Below, one piece after another: positions 18,491 through 28,548 of a stretch of DNA of 64,000 nt. The position numbers and the translations under genes were made by a program. This DNA comes from Candidatus Bathyarchaeota archaeon (GTDB lineage Archaea > Thermoproteota > Bathyarchaeia > Bathyarchaeales > Bathycorpusculaceae), in the NCBI GenBank assembly GCA_963715865.1, contig OY970280.1, forward strand, positions 1,248,001-1,312,000, in the 5' to 3' direction. The notes beneath the pieces are model-generated. The model saw only the letters and a list, made by a program, of their open reading frames with translations, was not told the DNA's origin and ran no database searches. Within the stretch, counting starts at the first letter, position 1; the number at the start of each line of letters is the position of its first letter.

Positions 18491-19516
18491 ATGGCAGAAG
18501 AAATTTGGGTTCCGATGGATGGAGACACCTTTGTAACCAAAGATGGCTTCATACTCAACACTTTCGGATACGAACATCCAGACGACAGGGTTTTTGCATT
18601 TCTCAAGTACATCCCTGCCAAGTTCAAGGAGCTCTTTAACGTTGAAATGCTGGAGAGAACATGGAAGTTTGGTGAGAATCAGCTTTTTAGGGCAGAGAAG
18701 CTTTACACGGCGAAAAATTACCAGACTTTCATTGAAGCCTTCCGCAAGAACTTTCCAGATTACCTGTACTATTGCCCTTTTAGAAACAAGGAGTTAATCA
18801 CTGCTCCTTTCGATTTAATTGAGCGAGTTTTTGTTCCTAAAGACCGCTTGGTGTGGCTGGAAAACCTGCCAAAACATGACAAACTGCAAAAAATGGCTTT
18901 AGACCTCATCCATTTAGTATCCAAAGAATCAAATGTTAGCTTAAGCGATTTTGGAGTTCATGGCTCCATCGCTTTGAACATGCATGCGCCAGAATCAGAC
19001 ATAGACTTTGTTATTTACGGCACAGACAACTTCCGCCTAGTAGAAGAAGCCATAGCAAGACTTGTTAATACTGGAAAACTAAGCTACATTGTTGGCAACC
19101 GCTTGGAAGCAGCAAGAAAATTCCAAGGAAAATACCAAGGTAAAATTTTCATGTACAATGCAACACGTAAGCTGGAAGAAGTTAAAACAAAATATGGCGC
19201 TTATCGCTATATACCTCTTGACCCAGTGCGTTTCGAATGCACAGTCTGCGACGACACTGAAACCATGTATCGCCCAGCCACCTACAAAATCTCAGGCTAC
19301 AAACCGCAGGATCAGTTTTCTGAACTTAATTTAGACAAGATTCCTATTCAAGTCGTTTCTAACATAGGCTGCTACAGAAACATCGCCCGCGCAGGAAGCG
19401 AAATCAAAGTCGCGGGCAAACTGGAAAGGGTCGAATCAACAAATTCAAGCGAAGCTTATTACCAAGTGGTTGTTGGAACAGCAACTTCAGAGGAAGAATA
19501 CATTTGGCCAACTTAA
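18491..19516 (+). CDS. Predicted nucleotidyltransferase, paralogue 1 (COG1665-like)
   Basis: GVHGS...SDIDFVIYG Pol-beta-type motif; likely start ATG 18491. Confidence 0.8.
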   Translation: MAEEIWVPMDGDTFVTKDGFILNTFGYEHPDDRVFAFLKYIPAKFKELFNVEMLERTWKFGENQLFRAEKLYTAKNYQTFIEAFRKNFPDYLYYCPFRNKELITAPFDLIERVFVPKDRLVWLENLPKHDKLQKMALDLIHLVSKESNVSLSDFGVHGSIALNMHAPESDIDFVIYGTDNFRLVEEAIARLVNTGKLSYIVGNRLEAARKFQGKYQGKIFMYNATRKLEEVKTKYGAYRYIPLDPVRFECTVCDDTETMYRPATYKISGYKPQDQFSELNLDKIPIQVVSNIGCYRNIARAGSEIKVAGKLERVESTNSSEAYYQVVVGTATSEEEYIWPT

Positions 19517-20574
19517 AACTACGTGATCGAGACGCAATCCAGACGCATGAAGGCTTAATCTTCCGCGTCTTCGGCTACTCACATCCGCCCGGCGCTTACA
19601 TCTGCGACGCAGAATACGCGTCAGCAAACATTTTCAAATCAACAGACCCGCGAGCACCAAGAAACGGCAGAAACCAAATTTTCTACAAGTTCTATAATGA
19701 TGAAGGTTGGAAACTAGTTTCCAGTACATTCCAAAAATACACTATTTACCATGAAATGCTCCGCCGAAAAGTCATAGGCATAAACGAAGCCGACATAGCT
19801 GAAACAAGAAAGCCAGAAGAACGATTGCAAGCCTTAATCAAAACTGAACATAAAGATGAACTCATATCGGCAATGCAGCAAGTGCTTGATATTTCAACTA
19901 AAAAATCAGGGCTAAAAACATCCAATTTTGGCGTTTTCGGCTCAATGCTCCAAGATTTCCATCACCCGAAGCTTTCAGACATAGACCTTATAGTTTACGG
20001 CAAAAAAGAAAATGCCAAAATTCGAAAAGCTCTTGCAGCCTTATACAAGGATAATCGTTCAAGTTTGCATAACGAGTTTGAATCAGACCAAGCCATGAAG
20101 GGCAAGCAGTGGCGATTCAAAAATTTCAGCGTTGAAGATTTCGTTTGGCATCAGCGAAGAAAGCAAATCTACGGTTTATATGATGATAAAGCCAGCGGAA
20201 GAACCATAAAAGCTGAGTTTGAACCTGTGAAGGCTTGGAGCGAAATCAAATCAGAATATGACCCCAAGACAAGAATCAAGCAGAAAGGCTGGGTTAAACT
20301 TAAAGCTCGTGTTACTGCGGATGATGAAGCACCTTTCATTCCATCAATCTACAAAATTGAGCCCTTGGAAGTTTTAAGTGGCGAACGAGATGCACTTGAA
20401 GCAAAGAGGGTTCTGTCTTTCATGGAAGAGTTCCGCTTGCAAGCGCAAAAAGACGAAGTAGTAATTGTTGAAGGCAACTTGGAAGAAGTAGTGCCGCCAA
20501 AAGAGAGTTTCTACCAGGTCACATTGACTTATTGCCCACGCTACTATGAGCAAGTGTTGAAAGTGCTGCATTAA
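19504..20574 (+). CDS. Predicted nucleotidyltransferase, paralogue 2
   Basis: GVFGS...SDIDLIVYG; same architecture as both neighbours. Confidence 0.8.
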   Translation: MANLKLRDRDAIQTHEGLIFRVFGYSHPPGAYICDAEYASANIFKSTDPRAPRNGRNQIFYKFYNDEGWKLVSSTFQKYTIYHEMLRRKVIGINEADIAETRKPEERLQALIKTEHKDELISAMQQVLDISTKKSGLKTSNFGVFGSMLQDFHHPKLSDIDLIVYGKKENAKIRKALAALYKDNRSSLHNEFESDQAMKGKQWRFKNFSVEDFVWHQRRKQIYGLYDDKASGRTIKAEFEPVKAWSEIKSEYDPKTRIKQKGWVKLKARVTADDEAPFIPSIYKIEPLEVLSGERDALEAKRVLSFMEEFRLQAQKDEVVIVEGNLEEVVPPKESFYQVTLTYCPRYYEQVLKVLH

Positions 20575-21590
20575 ACATGTGACAGAACCATGTAATCCGA
20601 CGGCTTATTGCCAAGTATCAAACGGTAATATTCGCCCAGGTTTTTCTTGTTGGTTACAAGCTCAACTTTTCCCTGAGCAGTCACCGCTTCAGCGTTTTTT
20701 GCTTGCAAACAGAACCTGCCGCGGAAAGAAACAATTTCCCGTATTGGCTGCAACTTGGGGCCTTCAACAACTTGGACATCTTCAACCTTGTAGGTGCAGG
20801 GCGTGAAAAGTGAATCTGAACTGTCAGCTATTTTGGCTGTTATTTTAGCGTAGCCACTGTTTTTGAAGCACACGTCACCGTACTGCTCGCTTATTTCGCT
20901 CCAATCCTTCACAAAACGGATAAAATAGTCGGTTCCCATGAACTTCCCCTGAAACGCCTTACGACTTTCGACTAAGATGAAGTCTTCGAAGCTCATCTGG
21001 GTGTCTTTCGAACGAAAATCGAATAAATCCTGCAACTCCGGTCGGCTGTAAGGCTTGAACTGAGAATCCTTATCTTTAAGCAATTTCTGCAAGGCTGTGT
21101 AGGCTTTTCGGCAGTTTTTTTCTCCGTAAACTATGGGGTCAATGTCTGATTTTTCAGTGGTTAATCCTGCCAATATCGAGCCGGAAATGCCTATAGCGCT
21201 CCAGGGAATATCCGCCTCTTTTTTCAGCGCTTCAGCCAGCCGCAACGCCTTATTCTCTAACGTGTCAAGATGCTTGGATGTACGTAGTAATGCAAGTTTT
21301 TCAGCAGGCTGATAATGCTCGGCTACTTCTTTGATTGGGACTTCACAGAGTGTTTCACCAAAGACCGAGTCAAAAACAATCAACTCAGGATGATTTTCCT
21401 GCAGATACTTGAACCTTTCATCGAGGCTGTACACTTTACCGTAAGTGCTGTCTTTGCCTTGCCGAGTACCCTGCGGCGTGGGAATAAAGCGGGGAAACGC
21501 AATAATTTTGCCGACGGGATGAACTAAGCCTTTAACATCAAAAACCACGTTGCTCTTTGTCTTAATTAAGTCACCTTCGCGTGCTCTCAT
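20571..21590 (-). CDS. Predicted nucleotidyltransferase, paralogue 3
   Basis: GISGS...SDIDPIVYG. Confidence 0.8.
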   Translation of the reverse strand: MRAREGDLIKTKSNVVFDVKGLVHPVGKIIAFPRFIPTPQGTRQGKDSTYGKVYSLDERFKYLQENHPELIVFDSVFGETLCEVPIKEVAEHYQPAEKLALLRTSKHLDTLENKALRLAEALKKEADIPWSAIGISGSILAGLTTEKSDIDPIVYGEKNCRKAYTALQKLLKDKDSQFKPYSRPELQDLFDFRSKDTQMSFEDFILVESRKAFQGKFMGTDYFIRFVKDWSEISEQYGDVCFKNSGYAKITAKIADSSDSLFTPCTYKVEDVQVVEGPKLQPIREIVSFRGRFCLQAKNAEAVTAQGKVELVTNKKNLGEYYRLILGNKPSDYMVLSHV

Positions 21591-21678
21591 GCAAATCCCT
21601 ATTATCTTGAGCGTAAGACCATTTAAATTGCTTGTAGCTTTTTACAAACTTAAATAAACGTTTTTCGAACCATTTTAA

Positions 21679-22638
21679 GTGGACGCAATAATGAGCAACG
21701 AAGAAAAATCACAGCACATTTCCAAATGTTTAGAGCTGGCGATACTGCTTGAAGTCAGCGCAGAAAAGCCAGGCAACGTCAACTTCACATCGGGCTTTGA
21801 AGGGACAAGACGCGAGCATTTCTTGGCTTCAGCCGTTGCTGCAGGACCATCCTTTCAGGAGGCTGCTTACCGCGGGATTTCGGTGGCAGAAAACAAACTT
21901 GGCATTAGCGAGGTTGGCTTGGGGCAACTCATAAAGACTTGCGCCATTGACGTTAATGCTTGGCAAAAAGGCGGAAATACCATTCTCGGCACCATAATGC
22001 TGTTTGTACCCATCGCTGTCGCTGCAGGCATGACACCAACCAAAAAAAATTACCAACTAGATTTCTCTTTTTTGCGCAAGAACATTGACTTAGCAGTTAA
22101 ATCAACCACTGCATTGGATTCAGTGCACCTCTACGAAGCAGTAGATATCGCTAATCCAAGCGGTCTCAATGATGCGCCAGACCTTGACGTTACCGACCCA
22201 CGTTCTAAAGAGCGTCTGATAAAAGAGAATGTTAGTTTGTATGAGGTTTTCAAAATTGCCTCAGGATACGATGACATTTGTTCTGAGTGGGTACATAATT
22301 ACCCAGTAACCTTCGATTTAGCTTATCCTTACTTGATGGAGCAACTTAAAAGTAAACCTTTGAGCACGGTTGTCGTTCACACTTTCCTTAAAATCCTCTC
22401 TGAACGTTCAGACACGTTTATTGCACGAAAAGTAGGCAAAGAAAAAGCACAGGAAGTATCGTTGGATGCTAAGGCTGTCTTGGAACTTGGCGGAATAGAA
22501 ACAGCCAAAGGCAAAAAAAGCCTCAGACAGTTTGACAGGAAACTGCGATTATCTGGAAACAAGTGCAATCCAGGAACGACCGCGGATTTAACAGCCGCTG
22601 CTTTGGCACTTTGCACCCTTAGCGGATACAGGCCTTAG
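21679..22638 (+). CDS. citG: Triphosphoribosyl-dephospho-CoA synthase (CitG/MdcB) homologue
   Basis: LEVSAEKPGNV, NTILG, DTFIARK, NPGTTADL. Confidence 0.88.
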   Translation: MDAIMSNEEKSQHISKCLELAILLEVSAEKPGNVNFTSGFEGTRREHFLASAVAAGPSFQEAAYRGISVAENKLGISEVGLGQLIKTCAIDVNAWQKGGNTILGTIMLFVPIAVAAGMTPTKKNYQLDFSFLRKNIDLAVKSTTALDSVHLYEAVDIANPSGLNDAPDLDVTDPRSKERLIKENVSLYEVFKIASGYDDICSEWVHNYPVTFDLAYPYLMEQLKSKPLSTVVVHTFLKILSERSDTFIARKVGKEKAQEVSLDAKAVLELGGIETAKGKKSLRQFDRKLRLSGNKCNPGTTADLTAAALALCTLSGYRP

Positions 22639-22733
22639 GCGGATTAGGGTTTTCTTTAACGTTAACTTAATCTATAATAGATTGGCATTTTTTTGGGAAA
22701 GGTTTAAGTGTTTTGTAAACAGTACTGTTTACG

Positions 22734-22961
22734 GTGACTATGATGGCTCAGGTGCAACTTAGACTGCCAGAAAAAACGTTAGAAGAGATTGACCGTTGGG
22801 TAGCAGAGGGCAGGTTCAAAAGCCGAAGTGACGCTATTAAAAGCATCATTAGCCTCTATGAGGAACGGGAGAAAACACGCGAGTTCTACAAGATGCTGCT
22901 TAAGCGCAGCCAAGAAGCCAAAGAGCACCCTGAAACGCTTGTTTCCTTAGAGGAAGCGTAA
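22734..22961 (+). CDS. Ribbon-helix-helix antitoxin
   Basis: VQLRLPEKTLEEIDRWVAEGRFKSRSDAI; abuts the toxin gene. Confidence 0.82.
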   Translation: MTMMAQVQLRLPEKTLEEIDRWVAEGRFKSRSDAIKSIISLYEEREKTREFYKMLLKRSQEAKEHPETLVSLEEA

Positions 22962-22962
22962 C

Positions 22963-23232
22963 TTGCTATTTAAAGTGCTTATGCATCCTAAAGCTGCTAA
23001 GGCACTGCAAAAATTGGATGCGCCGGACAAGGTGAGAATAAAGGAGGCGCTTAAGGAACTTGCTGGTGATCCATGGAAAGTGGGGAAACAATTGAAGCTT
23101 TCGGATTTTTGGAGTTTAAGGATAGGGGATTACCGTGCCATTTATGAGATTGATAGAGAGAAAAACCAAGTAGTGGTAATTTTCATTGGGCATCGAAAGA
23201 ACGTTTATGATGACTTCTCAAAAATGCTATAG
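22963..23232 (+). CDS. relE: RelE/ParE-family toxin
   Basis: GKQLK...WSLRIGDYRAIYEID...FIGHRKNVY. Confidence 0.88.
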   Translation: MLFKVLMHPKAAKALQKLDAPDKVRIKEALKELAGDPWKVGKQLKLSDFWSLRIGDYRAIYEIDREKNQVVVIFIGHRKNVYDDFSKML

Positions 23233-23258
23233 CAGAAAATGATAAAGGAAAGGTCGGC

Positions 23259-23474
23259 ATGCAGAAGGCCAGTCGAGATATTGATGTTCGAAAAGTGCTG
23301 ATGCAAATTGAAGCAAAGCAAGACTTGAAGCTTCCTTGGGCAGTGATAACCATAGACTATTATAAGGACATAGGCGACCTGAACATACTATTCAAAATGA
23401 CGCCTTTCACTGAAGGCGAACAAAGCGACGGAAAAGCAATAATCTACACGACAAAAAGGCAAAATATCAGTTAA
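23259..23474 (+). CDS. Small hypothetical protein, possibly truncated DUF2283-like
   Basis: ITIDYYKDIGDLNILF..EGE...GKAII resembles DUF2283-type proteins; ends abruptly. Confidence 0.4.
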   Translation: MQKASRDIDVRKVLMQIEAKQDLKLPWAVITIDYYKDIGDLNILFKMTPFTEGEQSDGKAIIYTTKRQNIS

Positions 23475-23520
23475 TAATATTAAAAAAACATCAAGAATAA
23501 TATAACTTGAAGGAAAACTC

Positions 23521-24483
23521 ATGGATAAAACTTTAAGCGTAAACCAGATGGCTTGGAAAATAGCTCAAAAATTGCTTGATAACCCCGAGTTTTATGGCGT
23601 AACCATTTCAAAATCAGCTGCAGGAGCCACAGTTGTTGATGCAGGCGTAAATGCTCCTGGCGGGTTTCAAGCAGGCAAAAAATTAATTGAGTTATGTATG
23701 GGTGGCGCTGGGAAAGCGCAGTTAGGCTTCAAAACCTACGGTGACTTAACCTTCCCATCGATAACTGTTAGTACTGATCACCCGGCGATTGCAACGTTGG
23801 GTTCGCAGTTTGCTGGCTGGCGCATTAAAGACGGCGACTCAATAGCAATCGGGTCTGGTCCGGTTCGCGCTCTGGCATTGAAGCCTAAGGATATTTACGA
23901 AGAAATAGGCTATAAAGACTCAAGCGACAAGGCAGTGCTCACGCTGGAAAGCAATAGCTTGCCTTCGGATGCACTTATTGAGAAAGTGACGACTGCCAGT
24001 AACATTTCAGCCGAAAACTTGATTGTTGTTGTTGCTCCAACCGCAAGCATCGCTGGTTTGACGCAGGTAACAGGCAGAATAGTTGAAGTTGGCATTCACA
24101 AGCTCAGAACTCTCGGTTTAAGTCCTAAGGTGATTCGTTACGCGATGGGTTATGCTCCGATTCCGCCGCTTGGCACTGACTTTGAAGTTGCAATGGCACG
24201 GACAAATGATGCTATTCTTTACGGTGGAACCGTCTACTGCACGGTTGACTTTGATGATGAGGCTGCCTTGCAGAAGATTATGGAGCAGGCTCCGTCTATG
24301 GCTTCGAAGGATTATGGAAAACCCTTCCTGCAGATTTTCCAAGAAGCAGACCGCGACTTCTACAAGATTGACCACGGCTTATTCGCGCCAGCAGTACTGA
24401 TCATAAACAACGCTAAAACAGGCAGAACCTTCAAAGCAGGACAAATCAACCCTAAGGTGTTAGCTCAATCCTTAGGATTCTAA
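23521..24483 (+). CDS. mch: Methenyl-tetrahydromethanopterin cyclohydrolase
   Basis: GSQFAGW, GSGPVRAL, TASIAG..QV..R..E, ND.ILYGG, DFYKID..LFAPA. Confidence 0.95.
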   Translation: MDKTLSVNQMAWKIAQKLLDNPEFYGVTISKSAAGATVVDAGVNAPGGFQAGKKLIELCMGGAGKAQLGFKTYGDLTFPSITVSTDHPAIATLGSQFAGWRIKDGDSIAIGSGPVRALALKPKDIYEEIGYKDSSDKAVLTLESNSLPSDALIEKVTTASNISAENLIVVVAPTASIAGLTQVTGRIVEVGIHKLRTLGLSPKVIRYAMGYAPIPPLGTDFEVAMARTNDAILYGGTVYCTVDFDDEAALQKIMEQAPSMASKDYGKPFLQIFQEADRDFYKIDHGLFAPAVLIINNAKTGRTFKAGQINPKVLAQSLGF

Positions 24484-24539
24484 TTTTTTTCTCTTTCTTT
24501 TCAATAGCTCAAAGCAAAAGGTTGCAATGCTTAATTCTT

Positions 24540-25136
24540 CTATTTAGGTAAATTTAGTTTAAGGATTTTCTGGATCCTGTTCGCAATCAAATAACCTATT
24601 GGAATAGTGTAAAGCGCTAGCGTGGCATTGAAGAAAGCTGCAAATGGAAGATATGCTATTGTTGCTGCTTGAGGGAAACTATAGCCGATTGGTGATGGTT
24701 GAGGAAGTGCAAAGTAAAGGACGACTGACATGAATGCTACTCTGGTCAAGATGCCAATCGTTGTTGACAAGGTAGCCCATTTTGGCCCAAGTTCTGAGCC
24801 GGCTTTTTCAAGTTTTCCCTTATAAACTCTTTTGGCAATGATGTGTGCTGAAAAGATTCCCACTTGCATCGATAATGTTGCGGTAAGGTTGTAGAGGGGT
24901 CCGGTCGGGAGCGCTCCTGGAAAGACTGCGAACAAGACTACTGTGTTTATTAGTGATATGGCTAGTCCTGCGATGGGGCTGATTATTAGGAATGCTACTA
25001 CGATGGGTATTTCCCATATTTGGTATACGAGTCCTTGTGCGAAGGGTGCGTAAAAGCCGATGTATGTGAAGGTTGGATTTAATGCTATTGTTAAGGCAGC
25101 GAAGACAATTGTTAGTGAGAGTGTTTTTGTATTCAA
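24540..25136 (-). CDS. ECF transporter S-component-like membrane protein
   Basis: FAALTIAL..P...YQIWEIPIVVAF..ISP..G; six TMs. Confidence 0.65.
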   Translation of the reverse strand: MNTKTLSLTIVFAALTIALNPTFTYIGFYAPFAQGLVYQIWEIPIVVAFLIISPIAGLAISLINTVVLFAVFPGALPTGPLYNLTATLSMQVGIFSAHIIAKRVYKGKLEKAGSELGPKWATLSTTIGILTRVAFMSVVLYFALPQPSPIGYSFPQAATIAYLPFAAFFNATLALYTIPIGYLIANRIQKILKLNLPK

Positions 25137-25257
25137 TTTTTATTTCTCCGTCTCGGTTGTTCAATGCCGCCGTTAGCTATTTAAGAGTAGTTACTCAAAA
25201 AATGGTAGGCTAAAATTGATAAATAAGCCAACATAACATATGATATAGGGAAGCGTA

Positions 25258-26508
25258 TTGACGGAAACAATTCAGTTCTCATCGTCTGGCGAAGTGAAAC
25301 GTTGGCTTGAAAACCAAACAAGCTCAATCCTCTCGCCTGTACATGCCCAAGCCAAAAAATTAAGGGATGATATGAACATGGCGTTGCAGGGCGTCGGGGA
25401 TGTAAGCAAGATGCTTTTGGACAATAGTACAAGAGAAATCGAAAGAAGAAACATGAGAATTTACAATCGAGCCAGAGCCCTAAACAAGCTCGCTCATTTA
25501 TTCCTTGACCGTCTCAAAAAACTAAATCTACCAGAAGAAATCTCCTATGATACCGTAAGTAGGTATGCTCAGGAAACCCAAAAGGTCTTAATGGTAACTG
25601 AGATAGATATCAAGAATTGGTTTCCAAGAATTTCCCCTTTCTTCATCATGGATAGAAGAAAATTTTTGACTGTATACGAAAGGGCTAAACAAGCGTATGC
25701 AATCCTCAACGATTTTGTTACAAAAGAGTACATTAAAACTAAAACTTTGGAAGAAGCTTTCCAGCTTCTAAATGAACTTCAAAATGTCCAAAAACAACTA
25801 GTCACCATCGGAGAAGAAAAAGAAAAAATAAAGAATGAGCGCATACCGATCGAAAAGGAAATCGCTGAACTGGAACAAAAAATTGGTGAGCTGAAAAATA
25901 GCGGACCGATTGATAAGCTAAACTTGGTGAACGCTGAGATAGACACGTTAAGCGGTGAATTGAAACATTCGCTGAGGCATCTTCAAAAACCTTTCATAAA
26001 AATGCAAGCATTAGCCACCTCGGGTGGTGGAGGGGGAATAACTCCAGATGAGCTAAACAAGGTGAATCAATATTTGGAGAAGCCTTTAGACGCGTTTACA
26101 ACTGAGGAAAACGGTTATCCGATGCTTAGGGAGATTTTGCAGAAACTTGAGAGTTTAATGACAGAAGACAAATTAAAATTAAAACAAGATAAAGCACGGA
26201 AAGCCGAGCAATCCCTAAATGAGATACTCAGGAAAGACTCATTGGCAAAGCTTCAAATCAGATGCGTGGAAATGGCAACCACAAAAGAGCAGCTGTTAGC
26301 TTCTTCAAAGATGGATGAGATAAAACGTAGCTTATCCGTGTTTCAGGAACAGGTTGACCAGCTTAAAGCCAGAAAAACAAGCATCGAAACACACGAAGCA
26401 GTCAAAGAGAACACCTACAACGAGTCATTGGAGAAAATCAGCAATCTTAAGCGGTCAATTGAAAGAAACATTTACAGCTCAATTGAAACAAAGGTTCAAA
26501 TTCCCTAG
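25258..26508 (+). CDS. Long coiled-coil hypothetical protein
   Basis: 416 aa rich in E/K/L/Q with heptad-like periodicity; no catalytic motif seen. Confidence 0.75.
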   Translation: MTETIQFSSSGEVKRWLENQTSSILSPVHAQAKKLRDDMNMALQGVGDVSKMLLDNSTREIERRNMRIYNRARALNKLAHLFLDRLKKLNLPEEISYDTVSRYAQETQKVLMVTEIDIKNWFPRISPFFIMDRRKFLTVYERAKQAYAILNDFVTKEYIKTKTLEEAFQLLNELQNVQKQLVTIGEEKEKIKNERIPIEKEIAELEQKIGELKNSGPIDKLNLVNAEIDTLSGELKHSLRHLQKPFIKMQALATSGGGGGITPDELNKVNQYLEKPLDAFTTEENGYPMLREILQKLESLMTEDKLKLKQDKARKAEQSLNEILRKDSLAKLQIRCVEMATTKEQLLASSKMDEIKRSLSVFQEQVDQLKARKTSIETHEAVKENTYNESLEKISNLKRSIERNIYSSIETKVQIP

Positions 26509-27444
26509 TTGCCGTGTTTTGTTTTGGATTTATCTTTACTTGTCGAAGAAGCCCTGCGCATTCAAAGCAGCGGCTTTATTGAGGCAGTGGATAGAGCCGC
26601 TTCCTTGCTACGCGGTGAAAGTGGGCGAGTCGGCAACTTAACAATAGTAAACCGTTTAGTTAAGCTTGAACCGTTAGGCGAAGCGCTAGTAATAGGCGAC
26701 TTGCATGGAGACCTTGAAAGCCTCGTAGTTATCTTGCAAACAAGCCGATTCCTCGAGAAAATGGAGAAAACGGAGGAGGCAACGTTAATTTTTTTGGGTG
26801 ATTATGGTGACAGGGGAGATAAATCAGCAGAAATCTACTATACAGTTCTGAAACTTAAGCTTGCTTTTCCCAGGCAAGTTGTTTTGTTGCGTGGAAATCA
26901 TGAAGCGCCAAAGGATTTGTTGGGTTATCCGCATGATTTGCCTGAACAATTCCAAAACAGGTTTGCGGAAGATTGGCAGGCGGCTTATGAGAAAACACGG
27001 GCTTTATGCGCTTATTTTTACAATGCGGTGTTTGTGGAGGACCGCTATTTGATGGTTCATGGCGGCGTGTCTCCGGAAATCAGCAGTCTCCAAGACATCG
27101 CTTTGGCTCAAGAAAACCGCAATTTGGCTTTGCTGGAAGATTTGCTTTGGAGCGACCCTGACGAAGGCATAGAGGGCGTTTCTTTTTCGCCGAGGGGGGC
27201 AGGGAAGCTCTTTGGAAAAAATGTAACGGAAGATGTTCTTGGAAAGTTGAACGCTAAAATTTTGATACGCGGCCACGAGTCAAGTGACGTGGGCTTCAAA
27301 ATTAACCATGATGGCAAAGTCTTAACTTTGTTTTCAAGAAAAGGCTCACCATACTATAACAGGTATGGCGCATATTTGCAGTTGCCACTTTCAGAAAAGT
27401 TCGAAAATGCCACTCAGCTTGTTCCGTGGATTCATAAATTTTAA
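26509..27444 (+). CDS. PPP-family Ser/Thr protein phosphatase
   Basis: GDLHG, GDYGDRG, RGNHE, HGG, LWSDP, RGHE, TLFS; start may be TTG 26524. Confidence 0.9.
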   Translation: MPCFVLDLSLLVEEALRIQSSGFIEAVDRAASLLRGESGRVGNLTIVNRLVKLEPLGEALVIGDLHGDLESLVVILQTSRFLEKMEKTEEATLIFLGDYGDRGDKSAEIYYTVLKLKLAFPRQVVLLRGNHEAPKDLLGYPHDLPEQFQNRFAEDWQAAYEKTRALCAYFYNAVFVEDRYLMVHGGVSPEISSLQDIALAQENRNLALLEDLLWSDPDEGIEGVSFSPRGAGKLFGKNVTEDVLGKLNAKILIRGHESSDVGFKINHDGKVLTLFSRKGSPYYNRYGAYLQLPLSEKFENATQLVPWIHKF

Positions 27445-27529
27445 CTGTATTCTAATTGACTGCTTTTTGGTGCAACATTGATTAGGCTTGCAGAACATTA
27501 TAAATTAATCAAGGCAAGAGGTTTAACGG

Positions 27530-28546
27530 TTGCAAAGCGAAAACGCCATCGAAACGATTAACCTAACGAAAACATTTAAATCAAAAATTCAAAACTCCGA
27601 AACTGGATTTTTCAAGCGCAAAACCATTTCCGTAAACGCCATTGACAACCTCAACCTTGAGATTAAGAAAGGGGAACTTTTCGGGCTCCTTGGACCGAAC
27701 GGGGCGGGAAAAACAACCCTGGTTAAAATGTTATGCACGCTTCTTCCGCCAGACCATGGGACCGCGTTAATCAATGGTTATGACATAATGAAGGAGCAAA
27801 TGAAAGTTAAGCGGTCACTGGGCACTCTTTTCAGTGTTGGAGAAAGAGGGTTTTTTTGGAGGCTCAACGGTTACCGCAACTTGGAATTCTTCGCCGCGAT
27901 CTACAATGTACCAAGACAAAAACGCCAAGAACGAATAATGGAAGTTTTAAAGCTGGTCGGTTTAGAAAACAGCGCTTTTGACCTGTACCAGAAATATTCG
28001 GGGGGAATGAAAAGAAAACTCTCCCTCGCAAGAACCCTGCTTCCTAACCCGCCCATATTGCTTCTTGATGAGCCTACAACTGGTTTGGATGCTATTTCCG
28101 CGAGAAATATACGGGAATTTGTGAAAAACACTGTTAGCAAGGAATCAGGCAAAACAGTGCTGTATACAACGCATTATATTGAGGAGGCAGCTCAAATCTG
28201 CGATAGAATTGGCATCCTCAAGCAGGGAAAACTAGTTGCTTGCGACACTCCGAACGCTTTGAGGGATAAAATCAAAAAAGAGGAGTTAATCTACCTAATA
28301 GTTGAGGATATAACGCCGGCTCAAATTGAGCAGATGCGTTCTTTTCAAGGTGTAATCAGCATAACGGAAAACAGCGAAGACGACTTGATGCCTAATCAAA
28401 AGGGATTGTGCCTTGAATTGAAAAGCGTTGACCAGTTGCCATCAATCTTCGACTTTTTATTTGAACAAAAAATTAAGCTAGTAAATTTCAAGCGTGAAGA
28501 ACCTACGCTGGAAGATGCGTTTATTGAATTAACTAAGAGGGCGTAA
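27530..28546 (+). CDS. ABC transporter ATP-binding protein
   Basis: GPNGAGKTT, YSGGMKRK, LDEPT, TTHY. Confidence 0.93.
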   Translation: MQSENAIETINLTKTFKSKIQNSETGFFKRKTISVNAIDNLNLEIKKGELFGLLGPNGAGKTTLVKMLCTLLPPDHGTALINGYDIMKEQMKVKRSLGTLFSVGERGFFWRLNGYRNLEFFAAIYNVPRQKRQERIMEVLKLVGLENSAFDLYQKYSGGMKRKLSLARTLLPNPPILLLDEPTTGLDAISARNIREFVKNTVSKESGKTVLYTTHYIEEAAQICDRIGILKQGKLVACDTPNALRDKIKKEELIYLIVEDITPAQIEQMRSFQGVISITENSEDDLMPNQKGLCLELKSVDQLPSIFDFLFEQKIKLVNFKREEPTLEDAFIELTKRA

Positions 28547-28548
28547 AC

